From Thermoanaerobaculia bacterium (lineage in GTDB: Bacteria; Acidobacteriota; Thermoanaerobaculia; Multivoradales; JAHEKO01), in the NCBI GenBank assembly GCA_947259925.1, contig CAMYOG010000042.1, positions 15,221 through 79,220 of the forward strand: a stretch of 64,000 nt of DNA, written 5' to 3'. Shown here piece by piece: positions 8,849-18,548 of this stretch; positions within the stretch are counted from its first letter, which is position 1; every line of letters starts with the position of its first letter. Position numbers and translations under genes: made by a program. The notes beneath the pieces are model-generated. The model searched no databases. It had not been told where the DNA came from and was given only the letters and a program-made list of their open reading frames with translations.

Positions 8849-11364
8849 GGGTAGTAGCCGGCGATGGTCCGTGCCTTGCGGCCGCCCTTCACCTTCACCT
8901 CGACGGCCCGGAATCCTTCCCCGGCGTCCTGCGGCGCGTCGGAATTGTAGGCGAGTAGGTACTGACTGCGAAGCTCCAGGTCGATCTCGGCATAGACCCC
9001 CCGCAGCTCGTGCGCCTTCTCGATGAAGAAGCTCCGGCCGCCGGTCTCCCGAGCCAGGGTCTTGAGCTTGCCGCGGATCTCGGTCGCCAGCTTGCCGACG
9101 TCGAGACCGATCGTGTAGATCACTACTCCACTCCGGCGCGCGTACTCGACCGCATCCCGAAACGGGTAGAAGCTCGCCGAGTCGTTGCCGTCCGAGAGTA
9201 GGATCAGCGCCTTGCGGCCGCGCAGACCCCGGAAGTAGTAGAGGCTGCTCACCACCGCGTCGTGGAGCGCGGTGTAGCCGACCGAGCGCAGCTCACCGAG
9301 CGCCGCCTCGACCGCGCCGACGTCGTCGGTCGGCGGAATCAGCAGCACCGGTTCCTTGGCGAAGCCGACCGCGAACGCCTTGTCGCGCGGCGTCAGGACC
9401 CGGTCGAGGAACTCGACCGCGGCGCGCTGCGCCTCCGGCAGCAGCATCGCCATCGAGCCCGAGGTGTCGATCGTGATGCCGACCGCGAGCGGCAGGTTCT
9501 CCACCAGCTCGAACTTCGCCAGCTCCTGCAGCCGACCGTCCTCGAAGACGCTGAAGTCCGAGCGATCGAGGTCGGGCACCGGCCGCCGGTTGTTGTCGAG
9601 CACGGTCGTCAGGAGCTCGACGAAGTTGACTTCCACCTCCTCAAGGTACTCGGGCGAGTTGAGGAACTGGATGTCCTCGGCGCGGCTGCCGTCGTCGAGG
9701 ATCGCGGTCACTGCCAGATAGGCGGTCTGCCCACCGGTCGGCACGTCGATCTCGGCCGCCCACGGAGCGCGCTTCACCTCGTGCACCAGCTCGTTGTTGA
9801 GACGGAACTCGACCTGCTCGACCCGCCGCTCCTCGGGCACCACCACTTCGGCCCGCGCGACGACGCTGCCGGAGACCTTGTCGCCGGTACGCGGCTCCAG
9901 GATGCGGACCTTGAACGAGCCGCGCGGCCGATTGATCGCGACCTCGTCGGCGGCCACCAGCTCACCGTCTTCGTCGTACCCCTCGACCCGGATCAGCTGC
10001 TCGCGCGGGTAACGGGCGAGCCGCACCTCGGCGGTGAACGGCGGCGTCGTGCGGGTCAGCTGCGCCTCGCCGTCGACCAGGAAGACCACGCGCTGGATTC
10101 TCTCGCCGGTGACCAGGACGTCGGCGCGCCAGAGTCCGAGAATCAGATCGCTCTCGGGTGGCACCAGCAGCAGGCTGTCGCGCCCGACGATCCTGCTGAG
10201 CGCCATCTCTTCGCCGATCGCGACGATGGCGTCCTCCGGGACCGGCAGCTCGGCCGCCTGCTCGTCGGGCTCCTCGGGAACTGTGAACCCGCGGCTGAAG
10301 TAGAGCCGGCCGTCGCCCAGCTCGTCCTCGAGCCGGAAGCGGAGCACGAAGTCACGCTCCGGGCGGAGCGCCCGCTCGAAGGTCAGCGCCAGGGCGGCCT
10401 CGTCCTCGGGCGGCTTCATCTTGAAGCGCACCCGGAACTCCTCGAAGATCTGCCCGTCCTGCTCGATGACGCCGACCACGATCAGCCGCACCTCGGTCCG
10501 GTTCTCGCCGGTGAAGGTCTGGAGCTCGACGTCGGACGGCAGAGTGATCATCACCCGTGAGACGATCCGTTGGCGCACCTTGGCCGGAAACGAGAGGTCG
10601 ATGCTCTCGACCGCGATCCGCGGCGGCAGCTCTTCGAGCGGTGTCGTGACCGCCTCGAGCGCCCAGGCTCCGAGATCGACCGGCGGCGCCAGGAAGACAG
10701 CGATCTCTTCGTTACTGACCCGATCCTTGCGGAAGCCGCTCAGACTGTCGATGCCGGTGGCCTCGTCCACCAGCTTGACGTCCTCGCACGCCCGGATGTC
10801 GATCCGGAACTTGAGCCCGTACTCCCCGAGCTGTCTCAGCAGGTAGACCATCTCCTCGTTGTAGAGCGAACGCTTGGAATCGAGCGGATGCCAGAGGCGG
10901 TACGGACGACCAGGTCGGGGCTGATAGAAGACCAGCTGGCGCTCGCCGTAGTGCCAGATCTCGAGCGGGTTGAGCGTCGCACCGCATTCGATCACCTTGC
11001 GTTCGCCCGGCTTGCCGTTTAGAAAGAGCACCCGTGCCCGTTGATCGATCAGGGTCAGGAACTCGGTCCGGGCCAGGATTTGACGGCGCTCGATCCCCTC
11101 GAGCAGCTCGTTCTCCGGGGTCGCCGGATCGGGATCGAGCCCCAGAAACTCCTCGATCCACGCCTGCCGCCCGGCGGCATCGAGCTCGCGGAGGCGCTCC
11201 CGCTCGTCACGCTCGACCAGTGCCGAGGCGGCGTCGAACAGGAGCTCGCTCTCGTCGACGGTGCGGACGAGCGCCTGGTCGGCGGCCAGCGCCGCGGACG
11301 ACGCCAGCAGCGCGCAGACCAGCTTCGCGACGCTGAGCAGACCGGCCTGCCTGGGGTTCTCCAT
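8845..11364 (-). CDS. Secreted GWxTD-like / Ig-like / VWA domain protein (Acidobacterial type)
   Basis: Signal peptide; DPDPATPENE...DQRARVLFLNGKP (GWxTD-like region); Ig-like segments; MIDAS DTSGSM, TALHDA, LLSDGND, LARETGG, LRSQYLLAY. Start taken at ATG 11364. Confidence 0.85.
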   Translation of the reverse strand: MENPRQAGLLSVAKLVCALLASSAALAADQALVRTVDESELLFDAASALVERDERERLRELDAAGRQAWIEEFLGLDPDPATPENELLEGIERRQILARTEFLTLIDQRARVLFLNGKPGERKVIECGATLNPLEIWHYGERQLVFYQPRPGRPYRLWHPLDSKRSLYNEEMVYLLRQLGEYGLKFRIDIRACEDVKLVDEATGIDSLSGFRKDRVSNEEIAVFLAPPVDLGAWALEAVTTPLEELPPRIAVESIDLSFPAKVRQRIVSRVMITLPSDVELQTFTGENRTEVRLIVVGVIEQDGQIFEEFRVRFKMKPPEDEAALALTFERALRPERDFVLRFRLEDELGDGRLYFSRGFTVPEEPDEQAAELPVPEDAIVAIGEEMALSRIVGRDSLLLVPPESDLILGLWRADVLVTGERIQRVVFLVDGEAQLTRTTPPFTAEVRLARYPREQLIRVEGYDEDGELVAADEVAINRPRGSFKVRILEPRTGDKVSGSVVARAEVVVPEERRVEQVEFRLNNELVHEVKRAPWAAEIDVPTGGQTAYLAVTAILDDGSRAEDIQFLNSPEYLEEVEVNFVELLTTVLDNNRRPVPDLDRSDFSVFEDGRLQELAKFELVENLPLAVGITIDTSGSMAMLLPEAQRAAVEFLDRVLTPRDKAFAVGFAKEPVLLIPPTDDVGAVEAALGELRSVGYTALHDAVVSSLYYFRGLRGRKALILLSDGNDSASFYPFRDAVEYARRSGVVIYTIGLDVGKLATEIRGKLKTLARETGGRSFFIEKAHELRGVYAEIDLELRSQYLLAYNSDAPQDAGEGFRAVEVKVKGGRKARTIAGYYP

Positions 11365-11464
11365 CGTCTCGTGCTCTCTCTGGCGCGCGTTCGCGCGCAC
11401 TCTCCCGTGGTCGCTGTCTGCAAATCGACTGCCAGCCGCCCGGCTGCCATATAGTAGCCGCGCC

Positions 11465-12484
11465 ATGGCCGCCAAGCGCCGCAACGACCCGATTCGCGAC
11501 TGGCAGGACGGCGACAATGTCGCCGGATTCGCCTTATTGAGTCGGAAGGAGCGCCGCCAGGACCGGAACGGCCGTGAGTTCCTCGACCTCGAGTTGAAGG
11601 ACGCGAGCGGCACGATCACCGGCAAAGCCTGGTCCGACAGCCAGGCCCTCGAGGGTGACTACGAAGCGCACGACTTCGTGGCCTTCCGCGGTACGGTCAA
11701 GCTCTACCGCGACCGCTTGCAGATCAGCGTCTCCGACTGCCGGCGGGCGGTCGAGGACGACCGTGAGCACGGCTTCGACGAGTCGAACCTCATACCGTCC
11801 ACGCCCGAGGACATCGGCGAGCTGTGGGCGCGCCTCAAGCAGATCTACGGCGAGCAGATCAAGGATCCGTTCCTGCATCGGCTGGCGGCCGAGTCGCTGG
11901 CGGTCTGGGGCCGCGAGCTCAAGGAGCATCCAGCCGCCAAGTCGATTCACCACGCCTATCGCGGCGGGCTCCTCGAGCACGTTGTCTCGATGGCCGAGGT
12001 GGCAGCCCAGTTGTGTGATCACTATGACGAGCTCGACCGTGACCTCCTGCTGCTCGGCGTGCTCTTTCACGATCTGGGCAAGCTGGCGGAGATCGGGCCG
12101 ATGCCGATCAACGAGTACACCAAGTCGGGACGCCTGGTCGGTCACGTCGTCTACGGCCGCGACATGTTGCGCGAGCGCTGCGCCGCAATCGACGGCTTCC
12201 CGGAAGTGGCTCGCCTCCATCTCGAGCACCTGATCCTCTCGCACCAGGGGCGTCTCGAGTACGGCTCGCCGGTCGTGCCGCTGACCGCCGAGGCGCTGGC
12301 GCTGCATTTCATCGACAACCTCGACTCGAAGCTGGCGCAGCTGCGCGACGCCGTGCGCGCCGGCGGCCAAGGCTTCCAGTACGTCCGCGGACTCGACCGA
12401 TTCGTCTTCCTCGGCGAGGTCGAGAACCCGGACGGCGAGGCCGAGGCCGGCGACGAGCCGGCCCAGGCGCACCTCAAGCTCTGA
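11465..12484 (+). CDS. yhaM: 3'-5' exoribonuclease YhaM family (OB fold + HD domain)
   Basis: LELKDASGTITGKAW; PAAKSIHHAYRGGLLEH; LFHDLGK; ILSHQGRLEYGSP; HFIDNLDSK. Confidence 0.9.
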   Translation: MAAKRRNDPIRDWQDGDNVAGFALLSRKERRQDRNGREFLDLELKDASGTITGKAWSDSQALEGDYEAHDFVAFRGTVKLYRDRLQISVSDCRRAVEDDREHGFDESNLIPSTPEDIGELWARLKQIYGEQIKDPFLHRLAAESLAVWGRELKEHPAAKSIHHAYRGGLLEHVVSMAEVAAQLCDHYDELDRDLLLLGVLFHDLGKLAEIGPMPINEYTKSGRLVGHVVYGRDMLRERCAAIDGFPEVARLHLEHLILSHQGRLEYGSPVVPLTAEALALHFIDNLDSKLAQLRDAVRAGGQGFQYVRGLDRFVFLGEVENPDGEAEAGDEPAQAHLKL

Positions 12485-12523
12485 CCTCGCGCCCCTCCCG
12501 GCCGCGCGGAAACTCCGATACCT

Positions 12524-12541
12524 ATTGACCATTCGGTCAAT
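12524..12541. promoter_or_regulatory. Palindromic operator-like site upstream of HMG-CoA synthase
   Basis: ATTGACC-ATTC-GGTCAAT: perfect 7-bp arms, AT-rich in a GC-rich background, about 100 bp upstream of the ATG. Confidence 0.55.
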
Positions 12542-12637
12542 CGCAGCACGCGCTCGGAGACCTCCGCTGTGCTACCATCCCGGCCCTTAGTCGGTCATGT
12601 ACACAACCGAATCTGGCGCTTAAGGCAGGGAGGGAAC

Positions 12638-13744
12638 ATGAGCGCAACCGCAACCGCCGTCAATCCGACCGGAATCGCCTCGATCGGTCTTCACTTCCCC
12701 GCTCTCTCGCTACCGGTCGAAGAGCTGGCCGAGCTACGCGGCCAGGATCCGGACAAGTACCGGGTCGGTCTTGGCTGTGAGGAGATGTCGATCTGCCCGC
12801 CCGACGTCAGCGTCGTCGAGCTGGCCACCGAAGCCGCGCGCCGCGCGCTGTCGCGCTGGGGCGGCTCGAAGGAACGGATCGGAATGATCGCCGTCGGCAC
12901 CGAGACCGCGGTCGACATGAGCCGGCCCCTCAGCGCCTGGGTCGCCGACCGGCTCGGTCTGAGCGGGGCGATCCGCTCGTACGAGGTCAAGCACGCCTGT
13001 TACGGCGGCACTCTCGCGGTCCGCCAGGCCGCCGAGTGGCGGCTGTCGGGAGCCGCTCGCGACCAGGCGGCGCTGGTCGTGGCGGCCGACGTCGCGATGT
13101 ACGAAGAGGGCGATCCGGGAGAGCCGACCCAGGGGGCCGGTGGGGTGGCGATGGTGATCGACGAGCCGAGGATCGCCCGCATCGACCCGGTCTCCTACCC
13201 GTGGAGCGAGCCGCAGTTCGACTTCTGGCGGCCGGTCGGTGAGAACTACCCCCGGGTCGACGGCCCGCTGTCGCTCGACTGCTACAAGCGGGCGGCGGAG
13301 AACTGCTTCAAGGCGATGATCGGCCAGCGCGACCCCGAGGTGGTGCTGCGCGAGTTGGCCGCGATCTGCTTTCACGTTCCGTTCCCGAAGATGGTGCGTA
13401 AGGCGTTCTACCGGGTCGGCGAGTTCCTCGACCTCAACGCCGAGCGGATCGACGGCTTCTTCCAGGAGAAGATCTACCCGACCATGATGTGGAACCGTCT
13501 GTGCGGCAACGCCTACACGGCTTCGCTCTGGATCTCGGTCGCGCGCGCCCTCAAGGGCCTTGCCGCCGGCGAGCGGGTAGCGGCGTTCTCGTACGGCTCG
13601 GGCTTCGGCGCCGAGCTGATGATGCTCGAGGCCGGCCCCGACGCCGCGGCCGGCGCCTGGGAGCAGGACGTCGAGACCGACTTCCGGGACCGCGAGCGCA
13701 TCGACGCCCGCGGCTACTCGGAGCTGCGCGAGTCGCGCTCCTAG
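12638..13744 (+). CDS. mvaS: Hydroxymethylglutaryl-CoA synthase family protein
   Basis: VGTETAVD, KHACYGGT (catalytic Cys), GEPTQGAG, DFWRP, FHVPFPKM, GNAYTASL, FSYGSG; GGAGGG SD before ATG 12638. Confidence 0.88.
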   Translation: MSATATAVNPTGIASIGLHFPALSLPVEELAELRGQDPDKYRVGLGCEEMSICPPDVSVVELATEAARRALSRWGGSKERIGMIAVGTETAVDMSRPLSAWVADRLGLSGAIRSYEVKHACYGGTLAVRQAAEWRLSGAARDQAALVVAADVAMYEEGDPGEPTQGAGGVAMVIDEPRIARIDPVSYPWSEPQFDFWRPVGENYPRVDGPLSLDCYKRAAENCFKAMIGQRDPEVVLRELAAICFHVPFPKMVRKAFYRVGEFLDLNAERIDGFFQEKIYPTMMWNRLCGNAYTASLWISVARALKGLAAGERVAAFSYGSGFGAELMMLEAGPDAAAGAWEQDVETDFRDRERIDARGYSELRESRS

Positions 13745-13750
13745 CCGGGG

Positions 13751-15103
13751 CTAGTCGGCCAGAAACTCCAGGATCGCCTCGAGTGCCCGCCGGTCGAGGA
13801 TCATCTCGAAGTGGTCGCCGCGGACATGGCGCGTCGGTACTGCCAGCGCCGCCGACTCCTGTGGCGACAGCCAGTGTTGACTCGCTTCGGCGGCGTGGCC
13901 GTCTCCTCCGGTGGTGACCGCTGCGTGCAGCTCGGGGTTCTTGCGCAGCCGCTTGTCGCCCGTGAAGAGCAGCTCCCAGCCACCGGTGGCGCCCCGCATC
14001 AGGACCGCGCGATCCGGGGTCTCGTCGTCGACGTTCTGGATCGAGTAGTAGCGACTCTCGAAGCCCGCGACGTCGCGACCGAGGACCGCGTGCAGACGAC
14101 GGCCGAGGTCGAGGAATCTCTCCAGAGCCGTGCTGCGCTCGGCGTCGTCACCGAAGATCGCTGCGGGCGCGCTCCGGTCCAGTCGCCCCCTGACCGCGGC
14201 GCCGAAGACCGAGAAGCCGTACTCGCGCCAGACGTCGGCGTCGAGCAGGTCGAGGTCGAGCGGCGCGCCCGCGCCGTCGACGAACAGCTCCTCGCGATAG
14301 ACCGGCAGGTCCTGGAAGAGCGATGGGAAGGTGAACAGGACCTCGGGGAGAATCTTCCGGCCGATCCCTGGGATATAGCTCCGGCCCCGGTGAATCTCCC
14401 GCAGGATTCGAAGGCTGCCGCCGTTGGCGGTGCCTACGAAGATCGCCTTGGGGACGCGCACGGTCAGCGTGACCGGCGACCTGGCGGCCTCGGCGCTCTC
14501 GAGCGACAGACCGCCGTACTTGGCGAGGTAGCGGCAGATCTGACCGCCGGCGCTCTGGCAGATCAGGTCGACCTCGAGCACCTCCTCGCCACGCACCTGT
14601 CGCAACCGATCGAGCAGTCCGTAGAGCTCGGCCGCCGCGACCGTCAGGTCGTCTCGCCAGTCCCAGGCGAACAAGAAGAAGTCGTCCCCGGGGGTCGGCC
14701 GCGTCAGATCGCCGCGCCGGTAGCCGTTCGCTTCCATCAGCCGGACGATCGGTCCGTAGACCTGTTTGCGGATCAGGCCACCCAGCAGCCGGATCTCCTC
14801 GATGACGCCGGACGCCTCGAGCGCCGACCGACCGCGTTCATCGCTCGACAGCGGCCGTGCGAACGCGTAGCCGCCGTCGTGCGGCTTGAGCAGGTCGACG
14901 CCGCGCCCCCAGACGATCCGACCGCTCTCGGCGTCGCGTAGCTTGACGCCGGTGACGCCCGGCACCAGGACTACCGGTCGGCGGGTCGAGCGCTCCACCA
15001 GCGGCTCGAGGACCGGCGGCTCGGCGATCGAGCAGCCGAGCTGCAGCAGCACCGCGAGCGCGAGGCCCGTCAGTCCCGCGACCCGCGCCCGGCCCCGTCT
15101 CAC
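13751..15103 (-). CDS. Alpha/beta-hydrolase lipoprotein (LCAT/lipase-like)
   Basis: Lipobox-like LQLGC; PVVLVPG; FAWDWR; nucleophile elbow ICQSAGG; GTANGGS; GDG; C-terminal His. GTG overlaps the upstream stop. Confidence 0.75.
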   Translation of the reverse strand: MRRGRARVAGLTGLALAVLLQLGCSIAEPPVLEPLVERSTRRPVVLVPGVTGVKLRDAESGRIVWGRGVDLLKPHDGGYAFARPLSSDERGRSALEASGVIEEIRLLGGLIRKQVYGPIVRLMEANGYRRGDLTRPTPGDDFFLFAWDWRDDLTVAAAELYGLLDRLRQVRGEEVLEVDLICQSAGGQICRYLAKYGGLSLESAEAARSPVTLTVRVPKAIFVGTANGGSLRILREIHRGRSYIPGIGRKILPEVLFTFPSLFQDLPVYREELFVDGAGAPLDLDLLDADVWREYGFSVFGAAVRGRLDRSAPAAIFGDDAERSTALERFLDLGRRLHAVLGRDVAGFESRYYSIQNVDDETPDRAVLMRGATGGWELLFTGDKRLRKNPELHAAVTTGGDGHAAEASQHWLSPQESAALAVPTRHVRGDHFEMILDRRALEAILEFLAD

Positions 15104-15525
15104 GCCCAGGGTGCGCCGTACAGCATCAAGTAGATGATCACTCCGGTGAGCGATACGTAGAGCCAGATCGGCAGCGTCCAGCGGGCGATCGCCCGGTGCC
15201 GATCCCACCGCTCCCGGAGCGCTCGCACCAGCGTGATCACGGCGAGGAACGGCACCGCCGCCGCCAGCACGGTGTGGGTCGCCAGGATGCTCAGGTAGAC
15301 GGTGCGGATGGCGCCGGTGCCCTGAAACCGGACCGAGCCGACCTGGTAGTGGTAGATCAGGTACGAGATCAGGAACAGAACCGAGCAGCCGAACGCCGTG
15401 CTCATGCAGGCACGGTGCGCGGCGATGCGGCGGCGCCGGACAAAGACGAAGCCGGCGATGAGGAAGAGGGACGCCAACCCGTTCAGGGAGGCGTTCACGG
15501 TCGGCAGATGGATGCCCTCGAACAT
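15100..15525 (-). CDS. DUF420 family membrane protein (associated with cytochrome oxidase assembly)
   Basis: LPTVNASLN, HRACM, FLISYLIYH, ILATH, HRAIARWTLPIWLYVSLTG. Confidence 0.9.
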   Translation of the reverse strand: MFEGIHLPTVNASLNGLASLFLIAGFVFVRRRRIAAHRACMSTAFGCSVLFLISYLIYHYQVGSVRFQGTGAIRTVYLSILATHTVLAAAVPFLAVITLVRALRERWDRHRAIARWTLPIWLYVSLTGVIIYLMLYGAPWA

Positions 15526-15548
15526 GCCGCGCTACCCCGATCGTGCCG

Positions 15549-16322
15549 TCAGAGGATCCCGGCCGTGCGCGCGCGCCGCAGGACCTCGGCGCCGAGCAAG
15601 CGGTAGGCCTGGGCACCCGTGGACCAGCGCTCGTACTGGAAGATGGACATCCCGTAGGCCGGCGCCTCGGCCAGCCGGACGTTGATCGGGATCTCGGCGC
15701 GAAAGACCCGGCGGCCATACGACTGGCGGATCTGATCGACCATCGCCGTGGTCAGATGGGTCCGCTTGTCGACCATGTTCAACAGGATTCCGAGTAGCCG
15801 GGGCTTGGCCCGCAGTGACCTCTCGAGGCGCTCCCAGCCTCCGAAGAAGCGGTCGAGGGCCTCGTGGGCCAGGTCGTGCGGCACCACCGGCAGGATATAC
15901 GCCGCCGAAGCCGCCAGACCGTTGATGGTGAGGATCGACAGCCCTGGCGGGCAGTCGATCACGATCGCGTCGTAGCGTCGACGGACCGGCTGGAGTGCGC
16001 GCCGCAGCAGCAGGTGCGGGTCCCGCTTGCGGGCCAGCCCCAGCTCCGACCCGGCCAGCTCCATCGAGCCGGTGAGGAGATCGAGGCCCTCGATCTCGGT
16101 CGGCCGGAGCGCCTCCCGGGCCGGCACACCGTCGACCAGGACGTCCGCCATCGAAGCCTCGCCGTCATCACGGTCGATACCCAGCGAGAAGCTCGCCGAG
16201 CCCTGCGGATCCAGATCGACGAGCAACACCCGGAGATCGCTCGCGGCGAACGTCGCCGCCAGGTTGACCGCGGTGGTCGTCTTGCCGACACCACCCTTCA
16301 CATTCACCAACGACAAGATCAT
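15549..16322 (-). CDS. parA: ParA/Soj family ATPase (no parB in window)
   Basis: KGGVGKTT, DLDPQG, IDCPP, RLAEAP; AGGAGG SD before ATG 16322. Confidence 0.9.
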   Translation of the reverse strand: MILSLVNVKGGVGKTTTAVNLAATFAASDLRVLLVDLDPQGSASFSLGIDRDDGEASMADVLVDGVPAREALRPTEIEGLDLLTGSMELAGSELGLARKRDPHLLLRRALQPVRRRYDAIVIDCPPGLSILTINGLAASAAYILPVVPHDLAHEALDRFFGGWERLERSLRAKPRLLGILLNMVDKRTHLTTAMVDQIRQSYGRRVFRAEIPINVRLAEAPAYGMSIFQYERWSTGAQAYRLLGAEVLRRARTAGIL

Positions 16323-16590
16323 CGACACCTCCTGAAGAGCGGCCGAGTATATCGGCCGGCGGCCGGCCCGGGGCCCGGAACCGAACGGCGTCAGGATCTG
16401 GAGATCTGGACGTTCTACGTACACTTCCTTGTACGCTCAACGTACATATCCTCCCTGGCTCCGGCCCGAGACGGCCGGCGATCGTTAACGAAGTCCTGAG
16501 GTCTCGGAGCCGGCCCCACATCGGCACACCGCTTGCCTTGCGTCGAGCCGTCGGGGCGATCCAGCCTCGAGGACTCGTAGGAGAGACCAG

Positions 16591-17235
16591 ATGAATCGAA
16601 TCAAACGCTGGACGACCGCCTTGATCTGCCAGATGGATCAGGCCCTGGCGGCGGTCGAGAATCACGAGGCCCTGGCGGACAGCTTGATTCGCGATGTACG
16701 CCGGGCCACGGCACAGGCCAAGGTCCGGCTCGACCGGGTCCGGGCGGACGGCGAGCGGCTGCGCCGGTCGCTCGCCGAGCACCGCGAGGCCGAGGCTCGC
16801 TGGCGCGAGCGGGCCCGCGAATGCGCCGACTCCGACGAAGAGCGCGCGATCGATTGCCTACGGCGCTCGCGGGCGGCCGCCCGCGCGGTGCCCGAGGTCG
16901 AGCGTCGTCTAGCGCTGCACGAGTCGACCGAGCGACAGCTGGACGCCGACGTCGCCAGGGTCGAGGCTCGACTCGAGCAGCTCGTGCACAAGCGCAATCT
17001 GATGCGCACCCGTCAGTCGAGTGCGCAGGCGGCCAGCAGCGCTCACACGGCCGATTCTCTGGGAGACGGTGAGCTCGACCGGGTCTTCGACCGCTGGGAG
17101 ACGCAGATCACCGAGCTCGAGCTCGAGGGTGGGACGGACGCCGACGTCGATCCCCTGCAGCTCGAGTACTCCGAGGCCGAGGAGCGACAGCAGCTGCTGG
17201 CCGAGCTCGCCGAGCTCAGGAACGGAGGTGAATGA
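16591..17235 (+). CDS. PspA/IM30 family protein
   Basis: All-helical coiled coil of 214 aa; VENHEAL near the N-terminus, FDRWETQI...ELE and LLAELAELR C-terminus. Confidence 0.8.
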   Translation: MNRIKRWTTALICQMDQALAAVENHEALADSLIRDVRRATAQAKVRLDRVRADGERLRRSLAEHREAEARWRERARECADSDEERAIDCLRRSRAAARAVPEVERRLALHESTERQLDADVARVEARLEQLVHKRNLMRTRQSSAQAASSAHTADSLGDGELDRVFDRWETQITELELEGGTDADVDPLQLEYSEAEERQQLLAELAELRNGGE

Positions 17236-18533
17236 TGGCGCACTCCGAGTCGACCGCCGGCTCCCCTCCCGCCGTGCGTCGGTTCGCGGCCCTGTCCGGG
17301 ATACTGCGCGGCCTCGGCGCGGCCATCCTGCTCAGCTCCGCTTCGGTCTTCTTGTTCCAGGGGTGGAGCACCGGCAACGACCTGCTGCGCTACGGCGCGC
17401 TGTTCGGGCTCTCCATCCTGTTGGCCGGCGCCGGGCTGGTCTGTGGAGTCACCCTTCGCGAGAGCAAGGCGGCACGCACCCTGCTCGGGGTGGCGCTCGC
17501 GCTGGTACCGGTCCACACGGTGGTGCTCGGCGCTCTGCTCTACTCGCGGTTCGCCTGGGACACCCCAGCCGGCAGTCGGGTGCCCGCGTTCGGCGTCTGG
17601 GTCGCCCCCAGTGACGGGTCGGCTCTGCTAGTGGCCGGCGCCGCGTTTATCCTGATGATGCCGATCATCCTGGTCGCGGCTCGTGCGCTGGTGCCTCCAC
17701 AGGCCCGGCGAGCGACCGTCGCGACGGTGGTGCTCAACCTGCCGCTCCTATTGCCGACCCGCGACCCCGCGGCGACCGCGATCATCGTCGGTCTGCTGGC
17801 GGCTGCGGTGCTCGCGCTCGAGCTCCGCTGGGTGCCGTCGCAGCCCTGTCTCCGCACCTTCGAGGGGCGATTGCTGCGGGCGATGTTGGCGGTTCCGGCT
17901 CTGCTCGCCTTCGGGCGCGCCCATCTGCACGAGGCGCCTCCCTTTCTCCACGGAGCGGGCCTCCTGGTGCTCGCCGGAGCGATGTTCGCGCTCGCGCGGC
18001 GCGCGAGCGCCGACCGGACGGCGGCCGAGAGCATCGAGCTTCTGGCGCTAGTGCCCGGTGCGGTCGGCTGGTATCTGCTGATCTCGCCGCTCGCCCTCGG
18101 GTCGCAGCTCCTCTGGCTGACCCAGCCGTTCGCGGCGCTGCTCTTGCTGAGCTCGAGGTGGAGCACCGGCAGCGGCCGCAACTACCGGCGAGTCGCGGCC
18201 GCGGTCGCGGTCGGTGGCGCGCTGGGCAACCTGGTCGCCGATCCGGGAGTCGCCGCGTCGCTCCTCTGCCTGGGCGTCGGCATCGCCGTGCTCGCCCACG
18301 GCTTCTACGTCCGCCAGCAGCTGATCTTGCTGGCCGGGGGGCTGGCGACCGCCGCCGGCCTCGTCTACCAGCTGCGCTACGCGCTCGAGATCTACGCCTG
18401 GAGCCGCTGGGGCGTCTTGGCGGTCGTCGGCCTTCTCACGGTCCTGACCGCCGCGCTGCTCGAGCGCTATCAGGAGCGGGCCACCGCCTGGGTGACCGAC
18501 TTCGGCAGGCGCCTCGGCTCGTGGCAGCTCTGA
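17232..18533 (+). CDS. Polytopic membrane protein (DUF2157-like), translationally coupled to the PspA gene
   Basis: More than 10 hydrophobic segments; ATGA overlap with the PspA-like gene. Confidence 0.7.
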   Translation: MMAHSESTAGSPPAVRRFAALSGILRGLGAAILLSSASVFLFQGWSTGNDLLRYGALFGLSILLAGAGLVCGVTLRESKAARTLLGVALALVPVHTVVLGALLYSRFAWDTPAGSRVPAFGVWVAPSDGSALLVAGAAFILMMPIILVAARALVPPQARRATVATVVLNLPLLLPTRDPAATAIIVGLLAAAVLALELRWVPSQPCLRTFEGRLLRAMLAVPALLAFGRAHLHEAPPFLHGAGLLVLAGAMFALARRASADRTAAESIELLALVPGAVGWYLLISPLALGSQLLWLTQPFAALLLLSSRWSTGSGRNYRRVAAAVAVGGALGNLVADPGVAASLLCLGVGIAVLAHGFYVRQQLILLAGGLATAAGLVYQLRYALEIYAWSRWGVLAVVGLLTVLTAALLERYQERATAWVTDFGRRLGSWQL

Positions 18534-18548
18534 TCGCCGGTCGCCGAC

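Noticed and set aside
13751..15718. N-terminal extensions given by the ORF track (also 2785-4329, 8845-11625, 24777-26006, 45256-48471, 50485-52236)
   Set aside because: The extensions overlap neighbouring real genes and are low-complexity R/A/G sequence; starts were reassigned using overlaps and SD motifs.
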